Shown piece after piece: positions 35,790 to 50,585 of a stretch of 64,000 nucleotides of DNA. The DNA is from the human T2T-CHM13v2.0 reference genome, Homo sapiens. Below the pieces are notes generated by a model, which was given only the letters and a program-made list of their open reading frames with translations, made no database searches and was not told the origin of the DNA. Made by a program: the position numbers and the translations under genes. Location: NCBI RefSeq assembly GCF_009914755.1, contig NC_060926.1; one strand, given 5' to 3'. The stretch's first letter is position 1, and the number at the start of each line of letters is the position of its first letter.

Positions 35790-35929
35790 TATGTGTATTG
35801 AGATTTGTTTTCCCCTTTAATCTATTATTACTGTCAATTATATTAATGATTTTTCCAATGTTAGGCAGTCACTGCATTCCTGGAATAAATACCACTTTAA
35901 ATAAGCCTTATAAATGTGGGCTGGTACAC

Positions 35930-37265
35930 AGCACCAAGATCTTGGTTTCAAATAACTCTGTCCATTAACAGGAACCAGGTGACCTTGGAAAAATTGCTGA
36001 TTCTAAGACGGGGGTAAGAAATACCCAAGATAAGCCTGGAGCATCTTACAATGCCAGAAAGAAAGAAGAAGTGCTAAGAGAAAAAGGAAAAACAACAACG
36101 ACAACAACAACAACAACAAAAAACAAGATGGGAGCATGTCAAAAAGACCAAAAGCTAGGATAAATTGAGCCAAAAAATAAAGCAGTACTGCTTTACAATG
36201 CAAAGTATAAAATAAATACCAATGCAGTCATATAAATAAATGATTGAATAAATAATAAGGAAGAAGAGACAAACATCCCATGCAGGAGAATTCAAAATAA
36301 TTTCTGTAGATATTCCACCCTCAATGAAGTGGAGCATATTTCCCATGTCCATAAGTATGTGCTACACATAGTGACTTCCTCCCAAAGAGTACAGGAGAGA
36401 AAGGGTGGTGGGGTGGCAAAGAGTAACTTTACAGCGGAGAAATCTGACAGACACTACTTCAGCCAAATGACCAAGATTCATCTCAACAGTGACAAGCTGG
36501 GCCAGGTGTGGTGGCTCATGCCTGTAATCCCAACACTTCAGGAGGCCAAGGCAGGCAGATCACTTGAGCCCAGAGGTTCGAGACCAGCCTGGACAACATG
36601 GCGAGACCCTGTCTCTACAAAAATAACAAAAATTATCTGGGCATGGTGGTTTGCACCTGTAGTTCCAATTACTCAGGAAGCTGAGGTGGTAGAAACTCTT
36701 GAGCCCGGCAGGAGAGGCTGCAGAGAGCTGACACTGTACCGCTGCATTCTGGCCTGGGCAACAGAGCGAGACCCTATCTCAAAACAAAAAAACAGTGACA
36801 AGTCATGTTGATAATATATACTTTTGATATGGTGTGATAAAAAATGGCAATTTAACTCATGGTTTACTTCCCAAAAATATACCCAAATCTAATCGTCAGA
36901 AAAACATCAGACAAATCCCAATGAGACAAATGCCACAAAAAACCTAACCAGTACTTCTTAAAACTACCAAGTTATCAAAAACAAGGAAAGCCTGAGAAAC
37001 TGTCAAAACCAAGAGAAGCTTTAGGAGTATGATAAGTAAATTTAATGTGTTTCTTGGATTGGATCCTGGAGCAGAAAAAGGACACTACAGAAATCTGGAT
37101 AAAGCATGGACTTCATTAATAGTGTATCAATATTAGCTCATCAACTATGACAAGTGTACCATGCTAATGCAAAGTATTCATAATAGAGAAAACTGGGTAG
37201 AAGATACACAAAAACACTCTAGACTATATTTGCAATTTTTCTGTAATAAAAAGTGTTTATTTTTT
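35930..37265 (+). mobile_element. L1MC/L1MD-type 3' region
   Basis: agtaactttacagcggagaaatctgacagacactacttcagcc; aaaacaaggaaagcctgagaaactgtca; ggatcctggagcagaaaaaggaca. Confidence 0.75.
36500..36790 (+). mobile_element. AluJ
   Basis: TSD AACAGTGACAAG at 36485-36496 and 36791-36802. Confidence 0.9.
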
Positions 37266-38074
37266 AAAAGTGAGTTGAGGATCTCATTTTCTATTTTCAG
37301 GACTAGTTTGCGTAACAGAACTTTCAACAGAAACGTATAAGCAGTCAAGTAATTGATGCAGGTTGATATGAGCATTTGTAATATGGTAAGGGTAGTAATA
37401 AAGGCTGCACTGTTCATTAAATGATGTCGAAAAATTAGCTATTAATTTGGGGAAAAATTTCTCTCTGATCTCTACCTCATGTCAAAATAATTCCATCTGA
37501 AATTTGCAAAAAATTACATTAAAAAAACTATAAAAGTTCTAGAAGATAATGAGAATGAATACCTTCATACTCTTGGGGTAGGATAGACCATTTTTATGCA
37601 TACCAATATTGAAGACAACACTGAAGTGTTAAGGACAGAAGAGGCCTCTCAGTAAACTGAGCCAGTGATATTTCAGCACAAGCTGAAACAACCTCCCAGA
37701 ATGAACAGAAATATAATCTCAGAGAGTTTGTAAAAAATACTGAACAGTAAGTATGAAAAACGGTGGTGGCATTTATTTCCTGGAAGAGGAAATTAAGAAC
37801 AAAGAAAACAAATATAAAACATCTAGTATGCTGAGGAAAGTTGCCAAAAATAAAGATCTGAGTTAACAGAACAAAAAAGCAGACAAAATTGACTAAACAA
37901 ACAAACAAACAAAAAAACAGTGAAGTAACATGTCCAAGCTAACATTACTTAGGTAACTACTGGTGGGGATGGACTTTGGATCCAGGCTGGTCTCACTTTC
38001 AAGCTCGCATTACTTCTACTTCTACATATGCGCTCACTTAGCCATTAAAAAGAAGTCATCTTCTTTTTAGAAGA

Positions 38075-38315
38075 AAATGCAGTGTGGTACCCTGTACTGG
38101 ATCCCAGATCAGAAAAGGAACATTGCTAGAAAAACTGCTCTAATAAAGTCTTAAGTTTAATTGTAGTAGTATACCAATGTTAATCTCTTAGTTTTGACAA
38201 TTACATCATAGTTATGTAAGATGTTTAATGCTAGGGGAAACAGAGTAAAGGGTAGGCAGGTGTGTAACTTTTCTGTAAATCTAAAATTATTTCAAAATTA
38301 AAAGCTTATTAAAAA
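38075..38315 (+). mobile_element. L1M 3' end fragment
   Basis: ataccaatgttaatctcttagttttgacaatt...ttttctgtaaatctaaaattatttcaaaat. Confidence 0.65.
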
Positions 38316-38329
38316 ATAAAAGAAATCTC

Positions 38330-38620
38330 AGCCAGGTGTGGTGGCTTATGCCTGTAATCCCAGCACTTTGGGAGGTCAAGGCGGGATTACCTGAGGTCAG
38401 GAGTTCGAAACCAGCCTGGCCAACTTAGTGAAACCCCATCACTACTAAAAATACAAAAATGAGCTGGGTGTGGTGGTGAGCACTTATAATCCCAGCTCCT
38501 TTGGAAGCTGAGGCAAGAGCATCGCTTCAACCAAGGAGGCAGAGGTCGCAGTGAGCCGAGACCGGGCCACTGCACTCTAGTCTGGGCAACAAGAGTGAAA
38601 CTCCATCTCAAAAATAAATA
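38330..38620 (+). mobile_element. AluSq/Sp-like
   Basis: Full dimer; gggcaacaagagtgaaactcc diagnostic. Confidence 0.88.
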
Positions 38621-38690
38621 ATATAATATAATATAATATAATATAATATAATATAATATAACATAATATAATGTAATGTAATGTAAAATA
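38618..38690 (+). repeat. (AATAT)n/(AATGT)n pentanucleotide repeat in Alu tail
   Basis: Direct read. Confidence 0.93.
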
Positions 38691-39349
38691 AATCTCTCAA
38701 AATGCTGCTTTGGGACTATCTTAAAACTTGTAAGTGTAGAGATTTATTGCATAAAACCAAATTTTAAAGAGGCATGCTTTGTATTGAAGATTTTGATTAT
38801 AACAGGTTTGTTGATGACTTTAAAAATAAATATCAGCCTCAATTTAATTATATAGCTTTTCTGTAAAGACTGCTTACATAATTTCTTCTATACCATTTTT
38901 CCTTTCATGTGAATAAAAATATAAAAAAAACTGTAAACAGTAGTCTCTAAATACACATGGTGATCTAGTTGTGATGAACTGTTTTCCATTTCTGCTACAG
39001 ACGTAACAAAAGTTCTGTGAAACAAACCTTGTAACAGCAATAATTAAATTTAAAGGATTAATAGAACAGCCTGATTTTTTAGGAGCTGTCAGATACTGAA
39101 AGAATCAGGACTTCAGAAATAAATGAATTCTAGGAGCAGAAAAGCTGAAGCATATAATTAAATAGAAAAGTCAGAAGAGTTTGACTATGCAAAGGAACAG
39201 GGAGAAATAGTTACTGAGGAACAGGGAGAAAAACTAAAATAAATTAATGAAAGTCAGGGCTCATGGTGTCTCCAAGGAATTGAAATGTGACAAATCATGG
39301 AATGGGAAGGGAGATGATAAGAATAAATATGAATAGTATTAAGTTCAAT

Positions 39350-40200
<851 letters not shown>

Positions 40201-40845
40201 CAAACGTGTGATTTTTCATTACCATAATTAAAATTAAAATAATGAAACATTCGTAACTTTTCCAAAGTCATTTTTTGAGCAACTGGGCTTGTCCTTGTGC
40301 CTGTGTTTTCTGGGTATTTTCTACACTGAACTTCTATAATGTTTTAAAAAGGGGTTTTGTCTTTGTAAAAGACTAGACAGCTGTCTGAGATCATTTCAAC
40401 TCAAGTACATTCAATGTCAGAGTGAGAAAGAATTAAAGTTCATTCTTTCAAGGCCTGTTCTTCCTGTGAGCTTAAATGAAATTTAGTTATTACCTGAAAG
40501 AGGTTCATATCACGAAAACTTCACACGGGCAAATGCTCAAAATCATGATCCACTAAGTTAAAGGAATCACAAAATTCCCACCTTCCCATTTTAAAGATGA
40601 GGAAACTGACCTACGAAAGTTAAGTTACTTCCTCATATTCAACTAGAACATCGCTGACGAAGTGGTGAGCAGGAGCTAGTCCTAAACAAAAGACTGAAAC
40701 ATTACAGAATGACCTAGCCCATCAACATTTTGAAATGCAGTGAAAAGTCCAGATTGGAAATGCTCAGTCCACCATCCAACTAGGCCTTTATTTTATCCCT
40801 CTTGTTTCCATTTCATTGCTCAAAGATGCTTGTGAAAGTTTCCTT

Positions 40846-41131
40846 ATTTATTTGTTTGTTTTTGGGAGACAGGGTCTTTGGAGTGCAATGGCACAATCTC
40901 GGCTCGCTGCAACCTCCGCCTCCCAGGTTCAAATGATTCTCATGCCTCAGCTTCCTGAGTAGCTGCAATTATAGGTGCCCACCACCACGCCCAGCTAATT
41001 TTTGTATTTTTAGTAGAGACAGGGTATCACCATGTTGGCCACACTGGTCTCCAGCTCCTGACCTCAGGTGATCTGCCCACCTCGGCCTCCCAAAGTGTTG
41101 AGATAACAGGCGTGAGCCACCACACCCAGCC
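40846..41131 (-). mobile_element. AluSx/Sz with short internal deletion
   Basis: Antisense dimer; TSD-like gtgaa(a/t)gtttc on both sides. Confidence 0.9.
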
Positions 41132-42179
41132 GTGAATGTTTCTTCATACCATTTGAACATTCAAGATTCTTTCTGCATTAAGATCCCTAGCAAAATAAAC
41201 ACTGTGATCACCTTCCTAAGTATTTTAGCATGTTCAAGGGCCACTGTGCCTTCCAGACCCCACTCAACATTTGGCATCTTACTCTAGCCCTTTGATTTCC
41301 CTGTTGACAGAAGTATGAGGCCAGCATATTTTACAAATGTCTTACCCTTTTCAGTGGATGGCCTGTCAATTAACTCTCATGAAATCAAATGGAAGCAGCC
41401 TTCAGGGTATAAAAATGTACTACTTATCTAATTCTTTTACTGAAAGCTTGCACACATTCCATTGTTTTTCCATAAGTGGAGGAAAAAATAAATCTGGTGC
41501 TGTATTTTCGTTTCAGAAGTAGCAACAGCAGTTACTCCACGCATGCATTCCCCAGGTCCCCAGACAGTCATCTCTGATGTTATAAGAGGCACAGAGGCAG
41601 ATACTTCGGCAAAGACAGTCTATAAAATGAAGTTGCTATGGACCAAAATAACTGTATTGATTTTTAGTACAATTCAAAATACAAGGAAACATCAGTTTTC
41701 CAAATGGCACAAGCTGAAAAGGACAAGGAAAAATATATTGCAAATAGTGAAGAGAAGGAAAATAATAAAGACAATTACATTAGCAAACATCTTGGTGTTC
41801 TTTTTTCAGAACACTAAGATGGCTGTTGTTTGTTTTTTAAGTTCAAAGAGCTGAGAGGTTTGAATTATGTTGAACTGTTGCTCATTTGTGGACATTGTGC
41901 CCACTGCTGGAAGTCTGACCTTCAGAAAACAAAGCCTTATAATCCTTGGACATGTGAACATCTTATTTAAAGCCTCATTTTTTTTTCAATTAATATCTCT
42001 CACTCTGATGGCAAATGGCAGAGCTGTATAAATTCTATTATAAATACATCATTTGCCAAAATATCATTAAGTTTGCTGCAAGCAAATATTTTCCTTAGAT
42101 ATCCTTAATGAGGCAAAGTAGCTTTCAAGCCAGAGACCTCTGGATGTTGTGGAATGAGGGGACGGCAGTCAGGACTTAC

Positions 42180-42243
42180 CATGGCCCCCTCACTTGTTCT
42201 TTGGGCAACTTCTCGCTGTAGTCGGGCCACTGCCAACTTCTCC
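42180..42243 (-). CDS. NCKAP5: Internal coding exon (64 nt, phase 2 start, phase 0 end) of Nck-associated protein 5, N-terminal coiled coil
   Basis: Minus strand reads tgtttttgtttcttcag|GGAGAAGTTGGCA...GAGGGGGCCATG|gtaagt, with a strong polypyrimidine acceptor and consensus donor. Translation (R)EKLAVARLQREVAQRTSEGAM matches my recollection of the NCKAP5 N-terminus (...LWREKLAVARLQREVAQRTSEGAMHEKL...). Confidence 0.92.
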
Positions 42244-42679
42244 CTGAAGAAACAAAAACACATGATTAGTTGACCATTCTCAGGGTAGAGGTGACACTGG
42301 CATGGCCGTGAAACATTCTTTTGAGGTCTCTAGAGGAATACCTTCCTTGGTTTAGCTCACTTCCTCCTCTATACTTTCTATAAATATTTAAACTGATTGG
42401 TCATGAATGCATTGTTTTCATTGAGTGTCATGAAATTTGCCATAGATTTTACAATAGCCAAATAAACGTTAAATGGTGAGTAGATGCTTTGCTTTTAGTT
42501 CATTAACATATATCACTCACAAATAAATTTTTCATGGCTATAGTATTTTAGTTGACTTTTCTCTATCAACTTTGCTTAAGCATTTTTAATTATTTTTATT
42601 TCTTTTGTTGCTCTCCACACCAATAATATTAAGAAGCAAACAAAATATAACTCCTTACTACTTTTAAAATAACAATAGA

Positions 42680-42890
42680 AAATCATTTGCATGCTTGCTA
42701 CATAACAGGCATCATGCTGGGCAATGCACCTGTTCTCATTTGAGCCTGACAACAATCCCATGGGTGATTTCATTATGCCCATTTTATAGATGAAGAAACT
42801 GAGGCCCAAAAAGGCTAATACACTGAGTCCTCAGCTGGTATATAGTAGTTTTTTGGAATCAAATTTTAGATTTCCTTACTTCAAAGCCTA
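42680..42890 (-). mobile_element. MIR
   Basis: Core cccattttatagatgaagaaactgaggccca. Confidence 0.75.
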
Positions 42891-43789
42891 AATAAAAAGT
42901 CTGCTTATCATTTCTTCAGTGTGTAGGTAATATAAAATGTAGACTTAAAAATCAGATTATTTATTTATTTTAGTACTCCTTATTTAACAATGGGGTTCAT
43001 TTTTAGATCCCTTATAATTCTGCTTTCACTTAAAATATATCCAATATTCACCAAAATTTTTAGAATACTTTTGTAAAGTGATAGATGACTGCATTTTGGA
43101 CAGCTTTTCAATTGTTCTTTAAAATAATTGATTAGATGTCATAGGGGTAAGTGAATTCTTCTGGTAATCCCTAAAATGTTAGCTTTAGTAAGTATTTCCC
43201 CTGATATTCTTCTACTACTATACTACTATCAAGATGAGAAATTATTTGAGTGATATTTCATCCCTTAGTCTTCTCTTTGCCCAGGATCAGCTATATGCAA
43301 TCAGCTATATGTAAACATAAAGGATGCAGTTCAATCCCCAGAAAATTTTCCCACTGGGGAAAAGAGAAGTGAAAACTTCTTCTCTCCTAAGTGCTTGGAT
43401 CTTTGAAATGCCTAGGACTACCAAGAAGACACGTGCTTTTGTTTGGTTGCAGCTGGGCAGTCTTTTAGTAGAAATAGTTCTCTCTGAATAAATACCTAAA
43501 GGCACAGACTAGAAGAAGGGAGACTAGACTAGGAGACATTCCAGGTATACAAGTTTTGGGAGCCTGTGGCAGCACCTGTGAGTACACTTCTAAGAAGGGG
43601 CAACAGAGTAGATAGGAAGGAGCCACAAAGGGATGGAAGCCATGTAGAGAGGCCAAGTAATCAAGGCAGAAAGCTCCTGTGTGTTCTCTGACTCAAGTTC
43701 TGATGAACAGATCAAATAAGTTCAATGAAAAGAACAAATTAAGGGAACAAATAATTGAAAAAGAAGGATATGAATGAATTCTGTTTTAA

Positions 43790-45410
43790 TATGAAAATTA
43801 AACACATGAATTTATCTCTTCTCTCCCCAGAAACTGTTAAAAATGTAGTATAGAGGTAACACTGGCAAATACTTATAAAGTCAAAGAAAACAGGAGAAAC
43901 ACATACTCCATACTCTATGAACCAGCAATTCCACTCTGAGGTCTAAACTGAACAGAACTATATGTTCACCAAAAGACATGTACCAGAATGTTCATAACAG
44001 CACTTTAGTAATCTTATAAGCTGAAAATGCACACACCCATTAACAATAGAATAGATATGTCAACTTTAGCACAGTTACATGATGGAATACTATACAACAC
44101 TGAAAAGGAATAATCTACACTTAATCACAACAATGTATGGAATACTGCAAATATGCTGTTGAGTAACAGAAGCAAGTACAAAATGTATATACTTTATTTC
44201 CTATTTATATAAAGTGCAAATAGAAGCAAAACTCCTATACCATTTGATAAGACAAGAAAAAGAAATAAAATACATGGATATCAAAAAGGAAGGGGTAAAA
44301 CTGTCTCTATTTACAGATGACATTATTTTCTAAGTAGAAAATCTGATGAAATTTACTACACAACTTATAAGTGAATTTAGCAAAGTCAGAGGATAGAAGC
44401 CGATGAACAAAAATTAATTATATTTTACTAGCAACAAACAATTGGAAAATAAAATTTTAAAGCATCTCCTTCTAATAATGTCAAAAATTAAAACATTTAG
44501 CAAAAGATTTGCAAGACGGCCACACTAAAAACTACAAAACACTGCTAAGAAGGATTAAAGGAGACTAATAGAAACATATATCACATTCATGGATTGAAAG
44601 ACTTAATATTATTACACTGTCAAAATCTGTATCAAATAAATCTATAAATTCCTATTCACTGATATATATAACTCTACCAAATAAAGAGCAAGACTAGGTA
44701 ACGAGAAACAAGAAATCCAATAAATAATTGGATTTTTTTTTCTTTTCTTGGTAAAAAGAAGCTCCTGGACAACAGCTGTGTAAGAATCCAGAGAATAACC
44801 AATCTGGACTGCAGCAAGAGGATGGAGAGCCTCAGGAGGATGACTCCAAGAATAAAACAAAGTTGAACCAAAATAAATTACCTATGTGTTCGTAAGTATT
44901 GAGAAGAGATGTAGAGTTTTATTTTAAAGCTTAAGAACAAGAAATTGGAACATGAAAACGTAAGCCAATGGCAGGAAGTGACAATTATTCATGCTAGTAA
45001 AAACAAAGTTATTCTAGAAATGCAATTCTAAACTTCTACTAGACTCAGCTGTGAATGACATTTATCATTTTAATTATTAACTAAATTAATTTACTATTTA
45101 GTGAAAAAAGTAGAGAAAGGGAAGCACAGAGAAACAGTTGGTACAGAAACACTAAATTCTTATCTTCCATAATAGAAAGATAATACATAATGTTTAAAAG
45201 TGATATAGAAACAGAAGTTCAGGCATATAATTCAGATACAAGGAGGCAAAACTTAGAAGGTAGATCTAGAAGAAGGAGAGTGGCTGTGTCGGAGGAGTAA
45301 GATGCAGAGGTAGGGAAGGCAGTGTGTACATCTTACAGATGTTACCATTGCATTTGATTTCCAAAGTATGTGCATGTACTACTTTGATTAAAAAACTTCG
45401 CAAAACATGT
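43790..45410 (+). mobile_element. Ancient L1ME-type fragments
   Basis: ccagcaattccactc...tatgttcaccaaaagacatgtaccagaatgttcata; gtaaaactgtctctatttacagatgacat; cattcatggattgaaagacttaatatt. Confidence 0.7.
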
Positions 45411-46499
45411 ATTTTTAAAAACCAACTGGCTCATGTTATTTTTATTAAAAACATTATAATAATGCATTACTAGAAAGATAAAGGATAGATTATTCACCAA
45501 CCGAAGATTCAGCATCAAATGACTCATTGCCTCGGACCTGAGAGGCACCTATTGAGAAGCTTTGGTAAATTAAGGCAAAATAAGAAGTCACTATAAGCAA
45601 CGAGTCTTTGGACAAACGTTTTTAAGTACATACTGCAAACAGTTTAACATGTTACAGAGATATTTTAAATTTAAAAGTTTCTCTTTACTTTTGTAATGAA
45701 GTATAAAGTACGCAGAAAAATATCATAAAAGCACAGGTTGCTGAATAATCACAAAGTGAACATGTCCGTATTAGTCCCACCTAAACAAAAAAACAGAAAC
45801 ACTGCCAGAACACCAGAAGCTACTTTGATGCTAATGATAATTAACTTCCTACACCAATACCTGAATTCACTTGCCACACTCTTTTCTCTGTATACTGAAA
45901 CATGGAGATATTTAACTTCTCATCTAAAGTATATTAAACACATTGTCTCATATTTTACTCGACTGTTTATTCAATATATTTTTCCTCTAAATAAGACCAT
46001 AAATTCCTCCTTGACCACAACAGTAGCAACCAAAAATGATGATCCATTCATTTTTGCAGGTGGTCAGTTGTGGCGTAGTTAGTATCTTACTGTAACAGCC
46101 GGTTGCCTGAGTGGAGATTATATTTAGTTCATCTCTTTAACACTACTAAGGCCCCTTAGTAGGAACAAAATAAATATTTGTGATTTGCTGAATGAGGAAT
46201 CAGTTACAGAATCTAATACCAACTTGCCTGGCATAACAGAATTTTAAATAATATTACCATCTTGCATTTACATAGTACATAACGCAGGTACACTGCACAC
46301 ATATACCCTGATTCCCACAGGGTATCCTCTGGTTCTGGTTAACCACAAAAGCTTTTTTACATACATTCTAAAATTACGAAAAGTACAACTTCCATAGGCC
46401 ACCAGATAAATATGTGAGTAAGCTTCAACAGAGTAAATTCCTAAGTAAGAGCACTGAATGAGGGGACTGTAGAACAGTAGGTCCCAAATATTTGAATAC

Positions 46500-47024
46500 T
46501 GAGTTCTCAAATATTTGATCCTTTTGTATGCAGAAAAACTGAGGATCCCAAAGAGATTTTGTTGTTATGGGTTATTATCTATTGATATTTATGACATATA
46601 AATAAAAATGTAATTTATTAAAATATTTATTAAATCACCAAAAAGCCAATAAACCCATGCCAACATAAGTAAAACATTTTTATTAAAAGTCATCCTAAAC
46701 AGTAATTCCAAAACAAAAATACACTTTGCAAATAAAGGGAAAAAATAAATTTTGTGAGAAGAATGATACTGCTTTAGAATTTTGCAACTCTCTTTAACGT
46801 CTGGCTTAATAGAAGACACGTGTATTTTCACATCCGCTTCAGCATTTAATCTGTTATGACAGAACATGTCATAAGACTTCTAGAAAACTCCACTCATGGA
46901 AGCTGAGTGGAAAAGGCAAATATCATCTTAGTGTTATGACAAAAATAGTTTTGATCTTGCAGTTCCTTTGAAAGGGTCTTGGAGATACCCAGGGTCCCAG
47001 GACCAAACTTTGAGAACTTCAACT
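46500..47024 (-). mobile_element. MER119-like hAT-Charlie fossil
   Basis: ctctttaacgtctggcttaatagaagac; aaggcaaatatcatcttagt; terminal ggaccaaactttgagaac. Confidence 0.75.
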
Positions 47025-50000
47025 GAAAGACAGATACGGAACTAGGAATGTAAGAATGTTCTAGAAAATTGCCTTGAATCCTCATTCTTAATTGTTGAAG
47101 CTTCAGAGAAAGGTTTAATATATATGTTAATGGTATGTTAATTTCTCACAAGAGCAGTGTAACATAAAAGAGACATTTCCAGGAACAGATCAAAAGCCAA
47201 TCTTATCCCCACCATCCTACTAAATGATAAAAGAGTCCTAATACAGTGTAAATGTTAGGAACATCACTACTTTATGCTTAAAAGAGATGGCCTTTATAAA
47301 CTATTAGGACTGTCACACTGTAATGTGCTTCTCAAATCTTATTAATTCAATTTGAAAGAAAACCATAATGGTTTTAGTCATTACATAGTTTTTAAAAAGG
47401 AAAATACTATATTAATAAATCATGAAATTTTGTAGACTGTCCACACATTATATTCTTTGGCATTCAATAAAGAAGGAACAAAATGAATGAATCAACACGA
47501 ATGGGCTATCTCTAAAGGGGCAGCATTCTAGCCACTTGATTTGGTGAAACAGAGAGTAAAATACATAAAAACTAGAAACACCGTTTTATATCTGACCTAC
47601 CACATGAGTGGAGGAATGCCCAAATTCAAACAGCCACGTGGAAACAGGTGATGCAAACATGGAAAATTTCAGAGTAGTGTAGGCCACAGGGGAGGCAATC
47701 CCCAACCCCAGCCCGGCTGCTAGCCTTCCGTATCGACAACTGGGGAAATTGCCTAGGTGTAGACAACTGGAAGTTACCCTGACTCAGGGCAGCTAGGTGA
47801 TGAAGGAGCAGAATTTGCAAGAACAGCAAACACAAATGTCTTTTGGGGACCATGCTCCGTAATTGTTTTAAGACATTTATGCAGGAAATGCAACCTATTA
47901 GATTATCCAACAAAGATCTCTCAGGGGTCCAAGGGACAGTTCAGGGGCCTCCCATGGAGTCAGTGGGCAAAGCCAGTGGCAGCTAAGTCCCACGACAGCA
48001 AGAGCACTCCAACTCTAAGTTATTTTATATATTAGGCTTCTGAATTATATTCCCTTTTAAAAGTGGGTTTCCAATGCTAAAACACAACAAATAAGGGATT
48101 CCTCAGTAACTTGTATATTCCAAATATTTCAAGTCCTTGTGTGTACATTTTACATCAGCTGGAGTTTTTTTTTTTTAAGTAGAATTTGTATTTTATTTTT
48201 GCATGAAAACGTTATTTTTGTATGAAAGGGTCTTTCTTTTCTAAAACTAAGGAAGTGGTGAAGTTCTTGACATGGTAAAAACTTCTATGATAAAATACTC
48301 AGTATTTCTAGATGTTATTTCTGGAATCAAATTATCAACTCAATCAAAATATTAAAAATAAATGGCCCTGTCTTTTTCACAGAATCTCATTTGTCCTTGC
48401 GTTTAGTAGTTCCTGGCACGCCATATTTTCAAACCTCCATGGTCCCAATATATGTGTGAAACCAATTGGGACTAGTATCTTTTTCATGCAAATTCACAGT
48501 TCATATAAACAGCTTTGTGTAGAAAATAAAGAATGCTGGATTTGCAAGCTACCCAAGACAAATTAAATACACTCACATACACATACACCCTTGCTCCCAT
48601 TTAAAGGCCTCAGTTCATCTGCTGGAAACAGACAACTGTGCTTCTGCAATGCATCACTGTTTTGTTTTGTTTGTGGCAAAGCCAGTAGCTCATTATGAAG
48701 TGGGTATTGACTTTATGATTGCCAAACAAATGCACAGGGATATTTTATCAAGAGCTGTGGATTCTTATTTACTGAACAGGTATAAAAAAAGAATATAAAG
48801 AAAATACAAACGATGAAACAAGAGACCACAGTACTTACTTCTCTTACAGTTAAATGTAAAGACAACTTTTCTCTCCAGGAAGAATGAAACAGAGCTACTC
48901 TTCTTACTCAATTTTATATCCAAATGGACAATTAGTTCCAGGTTTCTAAAGCCCTTCAATATAGCCCCAGACTATCTGAACTAAAGATCATAAACAACAT
49001 TTTATAGGTTTTATATATTCTTATATATTCTTCAGAATACCACTGACACCTCTGCAAGTTAAGCCTGTGGAAATAGTGTTCCCAATGAAGCCAACAGGAT
49101 GTTGGCATTCGTAAAATTCAGAAAAGACCTGCAAGGTTTGCATGTTTAAAAAAAAAGCATTCCCCAAGGAGAAAGCAGCTTGCAGAGGAGGAATATATTC
49201 AGTTTGTGTTATGTGGAGACCTCAGGCTGCAGGGTGCTACAGAGCCATCTGTTGCGAGAGTGTCCCAGGGCATGCCTGTTGGGAGACAAATCAATGTTCC
49301 CTTGCCACTCTTCAGGAAGCCCAGGACTTATACCCAACCTGAATGGGAGAGCATGGAGATGCTGTGTGCCCCACTCTCCACCAGGCAGATGGTGCCCCTG
49401 TGAGGATGCCCTGATGGAAGAGCAGCAACGGCACTTAGTGTAAGTGGGAAGAATTATTTCTACTCATTGTTAAGTCTCACGGTCACAAATACCCTATATA
49501 TGCAACGCACTTAAAAGGTATGAATCCAGCTCACGTCAAGCAAACTGTTAATATGTGAAATACTCTGTGAGTTGATGAACATGCAGGATGATCTGTGTGA
49601 TCACTTGATCTTTCCAGGAAAATAAAGTATAACAAATAAACATGCTTACATATGAATTTAAAAAGGAAAAATTTTCTTGGGCATCTTAGCAATCCAAAGT
49701 CAGTTTCCTTTACTGTGGTAAAGATATTGTGATATTAAAGAATCCCATAATACTCTCCATACAAAACTCTAGGTTCATGTTAGTTTTGATTTTTAGGTTA
49801 AGTTTCTATAAAGTATTTAAAACTTACTTATGTTTATGTATTAAATACACCTATATTGGTTTTTATTAATTCAGAATATTTTGCTAACTGAAACTATATA
49901 ATCCAACAATAATGGAAATTTTTATGCATTCAGCAAACACTTAATGTGAGTTTACTACAGGCCTGGTACCATTCTAGGGTCTGAGAAATAAACACAAATA

Positions 50001-50459
50001 ATAATACAGTTCCAAATTCAAAGACTTCAGGATTGATAGACAGAGAAAGCATGCCTACGCACATGCCTACACACGAGTGTCATAAGACGCAGTAAGTACA
50101 ACACTCTGTATTCAAAGCCAGATTTTAAAACATGGTAGGTGGCTATTTTATCAAAAGATCAAATCTGAACTTCCTTTAAATAAGAAGGCACTTTCTGCTA
50201 TTTCTAAGATTTTTTCAATTTCAGACTTTTCAGCAACAAATTACATAGGAGAACAGATCTGTCCTCACAAATATTTTAATTAGGAAGAATGTCTATCACA
50301 TATTCTATGTTATTCTCTAACTTCATTAAGTCTTTTGAATGCAATGCTGTTAGACTTTTGTTCAGCACCATGGTCTGCCACTTTGGTGCCAGGATTTTAT
50401 TCCAGGTCACTTCTTTGAGAGATACTGGACCTATTTTACTTTTGCATTTAAAAAGATAA

Positions 50460-50585
50460 CCATAATAGCTGATATTTATTGAATAGTTGCTATGTCAGGC
50501 ACTATTCTAAACACTTCACATGATATACTTAAACCTCAGAGAATCCCATGAGGTAGGTATTATTATCATCTCTATGATATAAAAG
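50460..50585 (-). mobile_element. MIR
   Basis: ataatagctgatatttattga...caggcactattctaa...atgaggtaggtattattatc. Confidence 0.75.

Noticed and set aside
36329-36811. 160-aa ORF
   Set aside because: Read-through of L1M and AluJ sequence; no splice or homology support.
49378-49400. CTCF-like string caggcagatggtgcc
   Set aside because: Imperfect match at a core position; cannot be supported without ChIP data.
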